Notes: generated from the sequence alone by a model not told the origin. DNA of 62,607 nt, filler included, from Choristocarpus tenellus KU-1152 (GCA_964200185.2; 13 parts of 13 records of this genome joined end to end with filler, not necessarily neighbours in it); one strand, 5' to 3'; shown: positions 1-12,873, counted from the first letter of the whole stretch. Translations and numbers: made by a program.

Positions 1-131
1 CCTCCTTCCCGCTCTGTGACACCTACGGTCAGTTGATTTTTTTTTTTAGGGAGGTACTAGGGGAAGAGAGTTGTTAGGGGGGAGGGGGGAGGGAGAGGAT
101 TGCACGTTATATGGAGGGCGTTGGAAAGGTT

Positions 132-158
132 CCTAACCCTAACCCTAACCCTAACCCT
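132..158 (+). repeat. Interstitial telomere-like (CCCTAA)n tract
   Basis: About 4.5 units are visible. Similar tracts lie at 2788-2816, 54570-54592, 56255-56269 (as TTAGGG), 59080-59102 and 59911-59931. Confidence 0.9.
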
Positions 159-1001
159 GCAGAAGTGCATCCGTTCAATTGGCTTGATATTTATTTATTT
201 GCAAATGATTCTGTAAGTTTGAGTGTTGGTTTTGGTGCTGGACCCCTCATGGTTGTTGGTTGTCCCCTAGATGGAAGAGCTTGGTACTTTGGTACTTTGG
301 TACTTTGGTACTTAAGAAACAGTTGGAGTTTATTCATGTGATAGATGTTGATAGAGGGATTTAATGGAAGAGTCAGGCAGCGACTTAGTAAACCCTCCCC
401 CTCCCCCCTCTCCTCTTCCCCAGAATCACCCAATGACATTTTCTTGGTTGTGTCTCAGTGTGTTGACCTTTTACCCCAAGGCAATTCAGAAGCAACATTC
501 TCATCCTCTTGTACTCCGGGTGGATGAAAAATAATGGGTAGAGAGTGTTGACGTGGAGAAGGTACTCTTGAAGGTACTCTTGAAGACATTGTGATTTTTG
601 GTAAAATGGAGAGGATGAGATACAAACAAGGTATTGTGTAGGCATGCGTTTTGCATGGACTATACACAGCTGTCATCTAAGCCTTTAGGCCGGTCTCCAG
701 TACTGAAAGTATTCTCATCTAAGTTCTTGATGTGTAGGGAAACAGTTACTAGCAGTTCAACTCTGACTTACAGCGGTGGAAGTGTATTCATGTTTTTGTT
801 TCTACGTTTGAAATTATTCCTCAAAAACGTTTTGTAAAAGTAAAAAAATGGTCTCCTGTTCGAAGACTCTTCTTGGGTCCATTCTTAATCTCCACTTTGA
901 TTGGTCCACTTTTGATATTTACTGCGTTACTCGCATTTCAATGAAGTAGTCCACTCAAGGGACAAACCTGTCCTCATCCCTGTGAAACCCTACCTTATCA
1001 G

Positions 1002-4000
1002 GTGTTGCCCTGGCTGCCATCGGAATGCTGGCCACGCTGCCCACTGGTCTCACAATCGATGCCTACGGGCCAGTTTGCGATAATGCCGGTGGTATTGCTG
1101 AGATGGCTGAGCTTCCTGCTCAGGTGTGTGTGCACTTACAATATTTTGTTTATCTGTACAACTACCAACTGTTGTGCACCTAGTGCAATGGAGGTTACGT
1201 ATGTATATGTTTACTCACTCTGTATCAAAATATCAGGTGGATAGATGCTTTTGCCGTTTGCAACCTGCTTGTTATTGAGATATTGTTGCGGCTTGTTTGT
1301 ATTCATGAAAGCATTAAGATTCTCTATGTTTTAAAGGCACGGGTTGTCTCTTGATGTGTGTTGATAGGTGAGGGAGAAGACTGATGCCCTTGATGCGGCT
1401 GGAAACACCACGGCTGCTGTGGGTAAGGGCTTTGCCATCGGAAGCGCGGCTCTAGTCTCTCTTGCTCTCTATGGTGCCTTTGTCACCCGCCTGGGCATTA
1501 CTGGCGGTGTCAACATCTTGCAGCCCTTGACTTTCAGCTTCTTGGTTATTGGGGCCATGCTCCCCTACTGGTGTGTTTAATACCCTATGTGTGTGTCATG
1601 TTAGCAATGCAGACCTTTTCCTCCTGCCCTGCCTGCCCTTTCATGTCCTACGGTGATCCTTTAACCCTCCCTGCAGTTTGTACTTTTAGAGGTAGTCATC
1701 ATTTCCTACTTCACCCCGCCTGCTACCATCTTCACTCTACTGAGGACTGTATATAGTGTGTTGTGACGATATTCTTTTACAAGTCGATCAATAGTCGATC
1801 TGTTGTTTCCTGACGACAATTGATTCTTGTTATGCTTCTGCATACTTGTTTGTTCATTCCCCTATTTTCCCCTTCTCCATGTGTTTCCCCAGTCTCACCG
1901 ATAAAGTTTTATTTTTGTGTTTCAACCTCTGTCTTGGGCATTAAATCTAATCAGGTTCTCTGCAATGACCATGAAGGCGGTGGGGACAGCTGCTATGGAG
2001 ATGGTGCAGGAAGTAGAGAGGCAGTTTGAGGAGGTGAGTGGAATTTGAAAGTTTTTTTAATTTTGCGTAGGCGTTTGTTTTGACTGGGGCGATACTGGGA
2101 AGTAGGAGGATAGAACTTGTTGGATGCCCTTTGGTAGTGAGGTTACTGGATTTATCAGGCAATTTTGATGCAACAAATGTGTGGATCTGATTGGTGTAAG
2201 TCTGACAGTGCATTGTCCAAAAAAGTAAATTATTTGAAGAGAGTTTAGATTATTCAAACTCTTCAGGGTTAGGGGTGAATTTGAGGACTGTCTTTTGTCT
2301 TTTCTGAAGGGAGCGTGTTCATACCTTAGGCAATTGCTTCAAGATAGTACAGGTCTTTTCACCCTAATTTAGCCTGAACCTAATTCTATAGCGCATAGAG
2401 ATCCAAGCGGTTTGGTTTGTTGCATCTGTTTCAGAGTCTGGAAACTGTCTCCTACTGGCTATGAGTTTTTCGCCTTCTTCGTGGTGATTTTGTAAGTTTC
2501 ACTTAATGGTGGTTCATTGTATGTTACTGTTAAAGAGAAAGTCTGGAAGGCTTGTTTGTGACTGGTGTAGATTTTGAGATGGATCATAAAGGGTCTAGTT
2601 TTTATTGTGATTTTTTCCATCTGTAGATACTTTAGTTCTACGCTGTGTGTAGTAGAATTCTACTTCTCACCAATGCATGTTTAACGGTGAATCAGAGTAG
2701 TGCTACTACTGTTGTGGTCAAATGTTGAGTGATTTTCAGACGTGGCATGGACATGATTTTTTTGTAACCTGTCACCTCTTGTTCATATAACCCTAACCCT
2801 AACCCTAACCCTAACCTGCGTAGCATGTTCTTTCTGTTGTATACCTTTGTCCTTTCTTGGGTATGTTCACCAAAGAACCCCAGCCTCCTGAATGAGAACA
2901 CAACTGAGCGACCAGACTACCAGCGCTGCATTGCCATCTCCACAAGGGCTGCACTGAAGTACATGGTGCCCCCTGGTGCCCTGGTGATGCTGGCACCCCT
3001 TGTCACTGGCACCCTATTTGGTGTCTACGCCGTGTGCGGGCTACTTACCGGTGAGGTGTTGGATTAATAGTAGATTAATAGTTTAGTTAAAAGGAGGGGT
3101 GATGTTGAGGTCGTATCGCCAACTTTTTTTTATAGTTTTTTTTATGCTTTATGGATGACAGTTTCTGGTTATTGAAACTCTGGTATATTTGTAAATGTAT
3201 TGTTGTTTGCTCTGAGTAGTATTTCATTGCGACCTATTTCAGTTTGAGTAAGAGGACATTGGAGCTACAGGAACGTACTTCATGTTGTTTACTGCTTTAA
3301 AATATCAAAATGTTTGGGGGTAGAAGAGGAGGCAGAGTTGGGTTGATACATGTGAAGAATAATTGTTCCTACATTCCAAAATCATTACTCTTCTTTCTTT
3401 AAAATGTCAGGTATCTTTTTAATTCATGTTGGGTAGAGGTGATGGTAATGACAGCTGTTATCTTCTTCATTCGGATACTTATCTTAATGAGATATGTAGG
3501 CAAGCAGTACTTCTACTCCCTAGTCGCCACCCCTCCCTTCTCTCCCTCCCTCAGAGAGCAATGGTTAACTTACTTGTCAAAAGTAATCAATAGTACAGTG
3601 TTGACAATATAACGCAATTCAAATAAGGTATGGGAAATACCTCCTGAACAAGATAAGATATTATTAACAAATAGTCCCTTAGCTGTAACATTTGCATCTG
3701 ATTGCTTTTTTGCACGTCTACTTCACCTATCTGTGTCCTCTATGTTCACATGTGTCTAATGGGGTTTGTAATTTTGATTAAAATTGAGCAGTTGTCCAGT
3801 TGTGTTTTACTTCAAAATCCACACTATCAGACCCTCCCCCCCCCCCCCAACCATCCACTAACTGTCAGTTGAATGTCACTTGACACANNNNNNNNNNATA
3901 AAATTGCGACCTTTTCCCATTTCTTTTTTATTAAAAACCCCCCACATTCAACCCCCCCCCCCCCCCCCCCCAACCATCCACTAACTGTCAGTTGAATGTC

Positions 4001-5167
4001 ACTTGACACATATACCCTGTCCCTATGATAAGGAACCGGCTTAACTGTGTTTGTAATTCCCCCTTTCCTTTCCCCTCCCCCTACTTGACACAGGTGGCAT
4101 GGCGTCTGGAGTGCAAGTGGCCATCTCTATGTCCAACACCGGTGGTGCTTGGGATAACGCCAAGAAATACATTGAGAGAGCTACACCTGACTCTGAGCTG
4201 CAGGGCAAGGGCTCTGACATCCACAAGGTGCTTACATTATGCAAATCCTCTTTACCCCAAGGTCTACTTTTACATTCCTTCTTGTGTTTTGGAGACTCTG
4301 CCGCCTGTGGAGCTGTGATCAAATGTCGTAAGTGTTATCTAGTCACATCCTGAACTGTTCCCACTCCTCGGTGTGATTGCCTGACAGAAGCTACAGGAAT
4401 TTCGATCATCCATAGTTTGTAGTAATAATAATGAGAGGGGTTGTGGTTGCTATTCAGTTTGGGACTTGTGGTAGGGTTAATGCCACTGCCCTACACATAC
4501 CTTGATTTTTTTCCTTTGTATGAGGTGCACCTATCTCACCCATTGTTGCTCTCCCTTCTATGTCAAATTGGTGGCATTATTCCCTTGACTGCAATGAAAC
4601 CTTTCCACCACAAGTAAGTTTGTTCTGTTTGTTTGTGATGTAGCAACAGACTGGGAGGTGGTACAGGTGTGCAACAAACCATTGTTCTTACCAAGCGATC
4701 CATCAAAATCATATTTCCTTGAAAATGAATCCTTAGGTCTAAGGCCTTATATTCCATGCACCTGTGTGGATGGGTGGGTAGAAGGTGAGGTGTGACTCAA
4801 TCGGTTAATGAATCGCATTAGTAGTGTATTCTTCTGCACACCCCTTCAACATTGGCATCACTCATGATACCCTCTCATTCTTTCCCCTCCATCCTTTCCC
4901 CTCTGTGGTGGTTCTCGACCACCTTGGAATGTGTTCTGTACCTCCTTCCCAACCCTCGTTTCCACCGATACTTACTGTTTCCATGTGTTGATTTTTTTTA
5001 AATTGCAGGCGGCAGTAGTGGGTGACACTGTGGGAGACCCTCTCAAGGACACATCAGGACCATCACTCAACATTTTGATGAAGCTCATGGCCATCATCTC
5101 TTTGGTCTTTGCAGATTACTTCCTTGCCATCAACAACGGCCAGGGCATCTTCAACATAGAGACCTAA
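1002..5167 (+). CDS. Membrane-bound H+-translocating pyrophosphatase (V-PPase, K+-dependent type), 3' part, 6 exons; 5' exons lie outside this contig
   Basis: Exons 1002-1123, 1368-1570, 1955-2033, 2876-3050, 4094-4227 and 5009-5167 have AG/GT borders and compatible phases. The spliced product contains H_PPase signature motifs [56 protein letters not shown] and [23 protein letters not shown], and ends at TAA 5165-5167. Confidence 0.96.
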
Positions 5168-7026
5168 GGTAGCAGTGGAAGTGGTGGTGTGGGGCAGTGG
5201 GCAGTGGACAGAACATTTTATGTGGGAACTGATGTGGGATTTCTGATGTGAAAGGCGAAGGGGTGGAGTTTTTTTGCGAGGTGATCAGAGAAAGTGAGGT
5301 GCTTTTGAGATATTTAGCATGTGGGCCTATAGGTGAGATAAACAAGCAGATTGGCGAGGTCCGGTGGTGGATGGTTCACTGCTGTTGGAGAGAAAGCAGG
5401 AGTGTCATGTCAATCCAAGGCACTTTTGTACTTCAATCCTCTTAGGTATGGTTTGTGGTTTGTAATGTGTTACAGTGGTAAGCAAAGGTTGGTTGGCCAT
5501 GATATGGGTAAGGAGATGGCATATTTGGAGATTTGGATGTAATGGATAATTGGAATACTATGGACGCCATTTGTTGCCGAAACTCAACTTCTTGGTCTCT
5601 TTTTGGTGTCAGCCATAGTTGAAGCCAAATGGTCACGACATTTTGATTTGAGTGCTTAGAAGGTGTGGTTTATTTCTTCTGCTTTTGTCCTCCATTGCCT
5701 TATTTTTATTTTTGTTGTTCCCATTCCTGTTGTCATTGCCTGATTACATTGCATGACTTTCAGAACATTTGCACACAAACAACGATCCAGGACCAAATCT
5801 GGTGGAGAGAGCATAGGGTTTGGATGTTAGGTAGGGCTATGTGTGGCATGGTTATTACATGGCATGGACTGTGTTACTTGATGTATGGGAAATGCAAACC
5901 ACAGGCAGAACACATTTTGTGCAATAGGGTAGGTTGCAGTTCAAAGGCAGGTATTCTTTTATGGATCACCTTGGCTTGGGGGTGGGGATAAGAGGGTCAC
6001 TTAGGAATAGAATGACCAGGATGGGTGTTAGACTTAGGTAGGCATTGATTGGGTTGCTATTGTTGACTGGAGACAAATGGACACAGGTTGGACGAGGATG
6101 TCAATGATAAAAACAAGGATGTAGATCATTCTCAACAACAGCAGTTGTCAAATTGCTTAAGAGGATGAGAAAGTGAGGCGAGATAAAGAATCGTTTCAGA
6201 TAAAACAAAACAAAATCTTGTCTTTGTTGTATCAAGTCATCAGTGTCTGTGTACATTGGCAAGATAGATTATTAGTGCTGCATTAGATTATATAATATAA
6301 ATGAAATGTGCAGTAATATATGAAGTGTGGTTATGATCGGTCTACTCAAGTTGGTCAAATTTGCGAAGGAGTGACAAGGATACATACTGGTACCTCTTTT
6401 TTCAACTTGTTCATTTAGAAACATGTATTTCTGTTAGTGCCAAGTACAAGTGAAAAATCTGGTCGTCATTTACGACTCATTAGTTAATGATTGGTGCACG
6501 ATCTATTTTGTCTCATAAATAACCTTTTTCTTTTTGTTTTCAACACACACACCTCCTTTCCTTCTCAAGTGAAATGGCGGCAAGGAGAGAAGTGAAATAC
6601 TTGCTGTGTACAATCATGGTGTCCCAGGCCTCACTGCTGTGAACTTAAAATGATTCATTAGCCGATATCTTTTCAATATTAGTATCCGGGCTACATAGTG
6701 ATACTCTTCAACCTTCACTTGAATCATACTTTGTACTAGATTGGAGTTGCATGGTATATGAAAAGAAAGGTGCGAATAAAGTGATACTTGACACTGTAAA
6801 ATTGAAAGTAACGTAGTTGATGGGTTATACACGATCACCATCGTCACCTACTAAGTGTGGCCACAGTCATCTGTTGCGTGGGTGACTCACTGACCCAAGA
6901 CTGTTCCGAGTGACGTAGCGACGCATTCCAGTCAGGTGTGTCCCATTATTTGGTTCATTAATAATTCCAAATTTCTGTGGTTTTACTAGTAATCAATTTA
7001 TACACACACAAGTTCAACCTACAATT

Positions 7027-7127
7027 AACAGTTGATACCAAAATTGAGGATGGAGCATTTTATGGAGGATGAGCAAGACCCAGAATGGTGCGCGGAAAGT
7101 GCCCATATGTTTATTTTATAAATGTTG
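7027..7127 (+). mobile_element. Left end of an AACAGC-terminal TIR element (family T2), truncated by the contig end
   Basis: AACAGTTGATACCAAAATTGAGGATGGAGC matches the copies at 12874, 18411 and 42406 (reverse). It is preceded by AATT. Confidence 0.75.
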
Positions 7128-7227
7128 NNNNNNNNNNNNNNNNNNNNNNNNNNNNNNNNNNNNNNNNNNNNTTAATTAATTAANNNNNNNNNNNNNNNNN
7201 NNNNNNNNNNNNNNNNNNNNNNNNNNN
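7128..7227. other. Artificial contig-joining linker N44-TTAATTAATTAA-N44 (first of 12)
   Basis: Identical 100-nt blocks with six-frame stop codons also occur at 10744, 13479, 19327, 23711, 29783, 38667, 42091, 46852, 50315, 55487 and 58273. Confidence 0.99.
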
Positions 7228-7652
7228 GTGTAACAAACGTTTGTACTTCGTTGAAATATAAGAAGAAATACTCGCTCTATTCGCCTGTAACAGTTAGTCT
7301 CCAGTAATCAAACTTTCGTGTTTTTGACGCCAAAGGCATACATACGTAGGTTTTGTTTAATTTGTGCACAGGAATATTAGTTGATTGATTAATTAGCCAC
7401 GATGATGATGATGGAACAACGAAAACATTTTACTGGGTATTATTTATATACCTTGAGTTGTCCATTACAAAGAAATTCACTTCTTACAGTACAATATCAC
7501 TATCTCAAATTTATAAAGAAAGGGCTTCAAGGAAAGGTGGGGGCGAGGATTGATGGAGGGGCGCGCGCGATTTGTGATCGTTTTTCGTGCGGAAGATAAT
7601 AGGCGATTTGACCCGAATCATAGCACAAACCTGAACAAGTACCTTTGGTAAG

Positions 7653-10086
7653 ATGGATTCCCTCGATGACATTGGCGTTAGGGACGGTGAAGGTCGCTTG
7701 GAAAATGATGCTGTTGTGAAGGATGACTCTCCCGTTGGTGTTGAGAACGCGGAAAATATGGCAGTGGATGAAGAAGCCGACAGCGTGGTGGTCGATCATG
7801 GGGAGGTGGCAGAGATGTCCATTGACAACACCAAACTACCAGTTGAATACGTACCTCCTATGGGCCCCATCACCATCACTGAAATGTGAGCTAGATATTT
7901 TATACTTCTTATGCAGTACTGCTGGGCTCTGACTCTTCATATTTGGCATGGCACCAAAGAAGGTGTTTGATCGGTCAGGGCGACTTTAGCGAGGCGAAGG
8001 GAAGTGGGCAATGGCCTCTATTCTGCTTCGGTGTGAATGATCTTCTGATGACAGAAAATGGACAGGATTCTTCTTGATCGTAATCAATGGTCTGTGCTCG
8101 TCTCGTCTTCGGTTCTTTCAATGCTTGGTCATCTCCCATTGGCCTTGGTCTTGGAATGTGCAATGCTGCCTGATAGAGACATGTTTCCTCTGATCGGAAA
8201 GTACGAGGAGTGGAACCAAGTTCCAGGTATTGCCGGAGAACGCAAGGAAGATACTGCCCTGTTGCTGCAATTCGACGCTTTGGGGGCACAGGTACCAACC
8301 ATAATTGTTGCTGGTGCTGGATGAAAGATGAGTGCGTTTTGGGTTTGCTCTCTTCAACTCAACGGGGTGTGCGTTATGTTAGTATATTGTTTCCAGGGCA
8401 TTGTACTTTCTTATTGAATTCACCGACTTCTTGTGGCAGGATTTGACGCTGGGGTTCTCGCACACACCTTCCAAGAAGGGACCCATGTACCAGTTGATCA
8501 TCGGTAATAAGGGCAACCTGCAAGTGGATCTCGAGAAAAAGCAGGTGTTCCCCCCCCCAACCCCCTCTTCCTTCGCTCACAACAGCTCTCTCCATCAAGC
8601 TATTATTACGTGTCGCTTTTGAACTACTGGATTTTCATTCTCTAGCTCGAGGAGTGTCTGATGTGTTGCAGTTGGTCTAGTTCTAACTGGTACAGCTGGT
8701 TGACGTTGGGTATTTCACAGATGTTCACTGCTGTGTGTACCTACTTTTGCAACCTTTACTGTGTCTCCTATTCTTGCATTTTCTCTTTAATGTAGTTGTT
8801 TCAACTCCTTTTCATTGCTGTGTGTATCTACTTTTGCGACCTTCACTATGTCTCTCTGATTCTTGTTTCTCTTAATATAGTTGTTCCAACTCCTCTTAAA
8901 TATGCCCATGCTTGTACTCAGGGTCGCCACTCTGAGGTAGTATCATCATCTCCAGGCCTTCTGTGCGCTGCCAAGGTGGTACACTCGTGAGTGCCTGCTA
9001 GGTTGAGGGGGGTTGTAACCTTTTAATGTTGCGACAGTAGAATATTTCCTGTATGAAAGTAGTGATATATTTGTTCTATTTGTTCTTCTGTTTTTTGGGA
9101 CATATTAAAAGGAAGCCTGTTATGTTGGTAGGTTTGCTCTACATCCTTGTTTGTCCTCTTCAAGTGCAAATAAAGCAAAGTATTCTTGGATCTTTCTGCC
9201 CATGTAGTCTGTTGCAATTATTATTACAATCATTTTGTGTGGTATTGGTAGGGTAAGAGGACCGTAAGAGTCCCAGCAGATGGGTTTCTTTTTTTTTGAG
9301 GTCTCATGATTGTGGCATGATTGCTTACCCTGCAGCTTCCAATCAAAAGCTAACTTGCTCTTGGACCCTCTGCCAGCATAACTAGGACTTGTGATCGCAA
9401 GGTTTACTTTGTTGTTGATCTCAGTCAGGGTAGGAAGGCAGAAATCTGCCCGTACTGAACTGGGTACTTTTGTAACTGCAAAATGCAAGGTACATACATC
9501 ACGATGCTTGGTTACGTATCATTGCTGCTTACATGGGTGAAGTGGTTTCTGTGTACGTGGACAAATATTCGGCGACTGTTGAGTGACTATGAGTAATGCT
9601 AGTGTGTTCTGAGGATGCTCAGGGGGTGTATGTCGATTGCGTGTATGTTAGGCATGTGGTGTGTGCATACCTTGTTCTCTTCTGGGGCAAGATCCATTTC
9701 TGACTGGATGTGAATCATAACCTCTCTGCTAAATCACCTGACAGTGAGAATTGAGACGAATTTGGTAAGATGTACCCTTGGTGCGCAGCCATTCCTCCCC
9801 CGGCTTGATTCCCTTATGACTCTTGGCTGTCACAGTGCATGCCTGCAAAGACTGGAGGTACTTCAGTGTGGGACAAGTCTTGTTTTATATGTCTCTCCTT
9901 TCTGCCTAGTAACAGCTGTTTCATATTCAGCAGAAGAAAAATGCTGATTTGCCTCTCTGTACATATGCAACCCATTGGTTCAGGTACTGGGTTGTCATTA
10001 AAGGAGGGAGGGTAACCTTTGGGGTGGGCAAAGTGTATGGAGAGCACTCCGTCCTCGACCATGAGGATACTGATACTCCGGTTGAG
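7653..10086 (+). CDS. 5'-part gene: acidic N-terminus followed by a farnesoic acid O-methyltransferase-like (Methyltransf_FA-like) domain
   Basis: Exons 7653-7885, 8177-8291, 8440-8544, 8922-8986 and 9984-10086 are phase-compatible with canonical splice sites. The product LLLQFDALGAQ|DLTLGFSHTPSKKGPMYQLIIGNKGNLQVDLEKKQ|GRHSEVVSSSPGLLCAAKVVHS|YWVVIKGGRVTFGVGKVYGEHSVLDHEDTDTPVE follows the spacing I recall for this domain (F-x-V-x-A-x-x-D-A-x-I-x-L, then MYEIxIGGWxN, then FWxxxxxGxIxVG). Confidence 0.7.
8724..8897 (+). repeat. Diverged two-copy tandem duplication (about 86 bp unit) inside an intron
   Basis: TTCA(C/T)TGCTGTGTGTA(C/T)CTACTTTTGC...TAGTTGTT(T/C)CAACTCCT occurs twice, just upstream of the acceptor at 8920-8921. 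Confidence 0.8.
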
Positions 10087-10866
10087 GTAAGCACTTGTCA
10101 GACCTGCAAACTAGTCACATGTGCTTCAAGTGCAACGCATATGACGCCCCTGTGCTTCAATCCCCACCTGTCCCCCACCCCCAGAAATGCATTGTTCGTT
10201 TGCAGTACCTGTTCCTAGCTGGCCCGTCACCCTGACAAACTTTGAATGTATCAGGCGTTTGTCTCACCTTCTATGTGTGTGTGTGTGTGTGCGATTTGCA
10301 TTTTACCTGGCATAGTGAATTGGCGACCTCTGTGGGTCTTCTATCAACCGGTCCCCCTTTCTGTCAATCAACCCTACCTTGACACTTCATGCTGGGGGAC
10401 ACTCTTTGGTGCATGCGAAGTGCATCAGTGCTGTGTGGCATTTCTCATTGTCATCATCACAGCATTTGCACCACGATGCCTGATGTGTTTTTCATCCCTA
10501 CCAGCCAGATGACAAACCAGAAACTTTGATGGTGATGTGTGTTCTGCCCGGAGGGGTTTCTGGTGGTTGTTTTGTGCCTGACTGGAGTATCCCTGCACTT
10601 CTTTTTGCACTCCCCGCCACATTTGGAACTGATTGGAAGTATAGTTTGCCTCGGTTAAAAGTACCGTCAGATGCATGCACACTGTTCCACTGCTTGGAGG
10701 TATTGGCGGGGGGGGGGTGGTACAGGGCACTCTTACTCATGTTNNNNNNNNNNNNNNNNNNNNNNNNNNNNNNNNNNNNNNNNNNNNTTAATTAATTAAN
10801 NNNNNNNNNNNNNNNNNNNNNNNNNNNNNNNNNNNNNNNNNNNCCCCCTCCCAGATACTTTGGGTG

Positions 10867-11049
10867 ATTTCCTACTCCAAGATGTTTAGGAGTAGGTAAA
10901 GTGTATGTGTTATGAAAAAATGTGTCAGGAAGATGGATATTGACACTTCCTAACAAACGCGACAGTCAAAATTACATCGCAATCGCAACATTGGACTTTG
11001 ACCCCCCCCCAAATGGATGCAAGCTCTACCCTCTAAAATACTTTGGCTC
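10867..11049 (-). mobile_element. Partial MITE, family T1-B; a T1 TIR end abuts it at 10844-10866
   Basis: Reverse-complement match to 57963-58150, including the CCTACTCC-N10-GGAGTAGG hairpin and the terminal CTACCCTCTAAAATACTTTGGCTC. Confidence 0.8.
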
Positions 11050-12236
11050 AAACTGGAGTGTTTTACAACTCCCCATCAAGCTCTGAATGGACGACCTGGG
11101 CTAAACCCCCCTCAACCTCTACAACACTATTCATTGCAAAACCCGTGAACATTAAATGGGAAGCCAAATTTGCTTCACAGCAAAAAAAAAAAATTATGTG
11201 GCGAAGTATGTTTTGGTCCAAATTTTTACCCAAACCATGACAACAAGCCATCTGTTCGAGGGTCAAAGTGTGTCAAATGGGACAGAAGCAGATGAGAAGA
11301 TGGTACTTTTTTTTCACCTCAGACAACATAACACTCAACACGAGTGTTACCCCAGAACGCCCATCTACACTCGGCTTATGACATACGTTGCCAATTGCAA
11401 TGTCGGAGTCATTTTGCTCCACGACATCCACTTTTCAAACAATATTCAGGGGGCAGTATTTGCTCCATAAGTTGTCAGGGATAAGGCTTCCACATAACAC
11501 ATTGTTCTTTCTTCAACATTGTACATTATTAGGTCGGACAGCATGGTTTGATGATGGTGGGTTGGGGGAACGAAAAGAAGCATCACACGTACATTTTGCT
11601 GAACTATGCAGCACGATGATTCACCAGATTCAGAAAGAACAGGAGGGACCTCCATAATAATGCCGATGAGCTATGGGCTGACCACCCCCACATCTCTAGA
11701 AGCAAAGGTATGAAGAAAGCACAATGTCCGTTGTCGGGGCAATGTTTGCTCTCCCTTGCTCTAAAATGCAAAAATGTGCATTGTCCGAATTGAACAAAAT
11801 TTGGTCCCTTCATTCCTTCCATTTGGTCAATCGATTCAGCGATTGAAGGCACCCATTTGCTTCAATGTCATTTTTCTCATCTCACACATCACTATTATCT
11901 TAGTTTGATCCTTTCTCAATAGAGGTCTAAAGCAAAGAAAGCGATAAATGGAAAATGTAGAGAAAAGTGAGTGAAGAAATTATTAAAAACTCAAAAAGCA
12001 AGAATATACACCTGTTAGCCATCCATTGCTGTTGTAGGGAGGTCGAAGGCTTGATTGATTGAGCTCATTTAGTTGCTTTAAACCGCCTGTAGCTTGGCAA
12101 ATAATGCTCAAACCAATATATTCGGTCCATAACCGAACACATCCATTATCCAGGACAACATTCTTGGTCGTTAGTTTTCTACACATACACTCACCATTAT
12201 TCAGATAATCCTTTGTCGTGTATAGCAAATGCTAAG

Positions 12237-12418
12237 GGCTCAAAGTATCTGGGAGGGGGTGGCGACTGTCCATTCGGGGTCAATTTTTTCATGTCGCGAT
12301 TTTTAGGTGGTTTGGTTGCATACATAAGATGGATACTGTAAATGCACGTTTCCTGATTTTAGTCCAAATGGACACCTTGGTGTAGACCCCCCCGTCCCCA
12401 TCCCAGATACTTTGGGTT
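12237..12418 (+). mobile_element. Complete MITE, family T1-A (about 182 bp)
   Basis: TIRs GGCTCAAAGTATCTGGGA and TCCCAGATACTTTGGGTT, flanked by TAA(G) on both sides. The body is shared with 18036-18361, 23582-23710, 32397-32696 and 50255-50314. Confidence 0.88.
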
Positions 12419-12873
12419 TAAGATGTCTAATTCTACACATTGTCCAAGGTATGGTCTTCTTGCAGCTTCTTCTCACATTACCTTTGGTTCAATTCTTGAA
12501 TAATAACTACTCTGGCACTACACGCTGGAGATACATAATATATTCAATATGACCTCGCATTTAACTAAGGATGCTACACTCCGCTAGATGGAATAATGAG
12601 GATATCAAAATCATTTGGTCATGAAATGAATCAAGATCGAGTACCAGGTGGGTATTATACATGTTATGATGGGATGTAATCATTGGATCTTACCAAACAC
12701 TCCTTCAAAGCATACACGTACTACCTAAAACAACAAAAAGTAGAAATAGAACCACATCAGTAATTTAAGTCAGTATTTCATCAAGAAGTTAATGAAACGG
12801 CATCCTTTACAAAATCCCATATGTAAAATATGTATGGCATGAGAATGGTAGGTCAATTGTTGGCACAGGAGGA

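Noticed and set aside
3827-4010. Direct repeat of CCCCAACCATCCACTAACTGTCAGTTGAATGTCACTTGACACA
   Set aside because: The copies flank an N10 gap next to poly-C, which is typical overlap from gap scaffolding.
7172-7183. Recurrent TTAATTAATTAA palindrome as a regulatory or recombination site
   Set aside because: Always centred in N44 padding; it is a synthetic six-frame stop linker.
7977-8080. Possible extra exon in the FAMeT-like gene
   Set aside because: The flanking exons already join in phase, and the candidate frames here run into stops or have only a weak donor.
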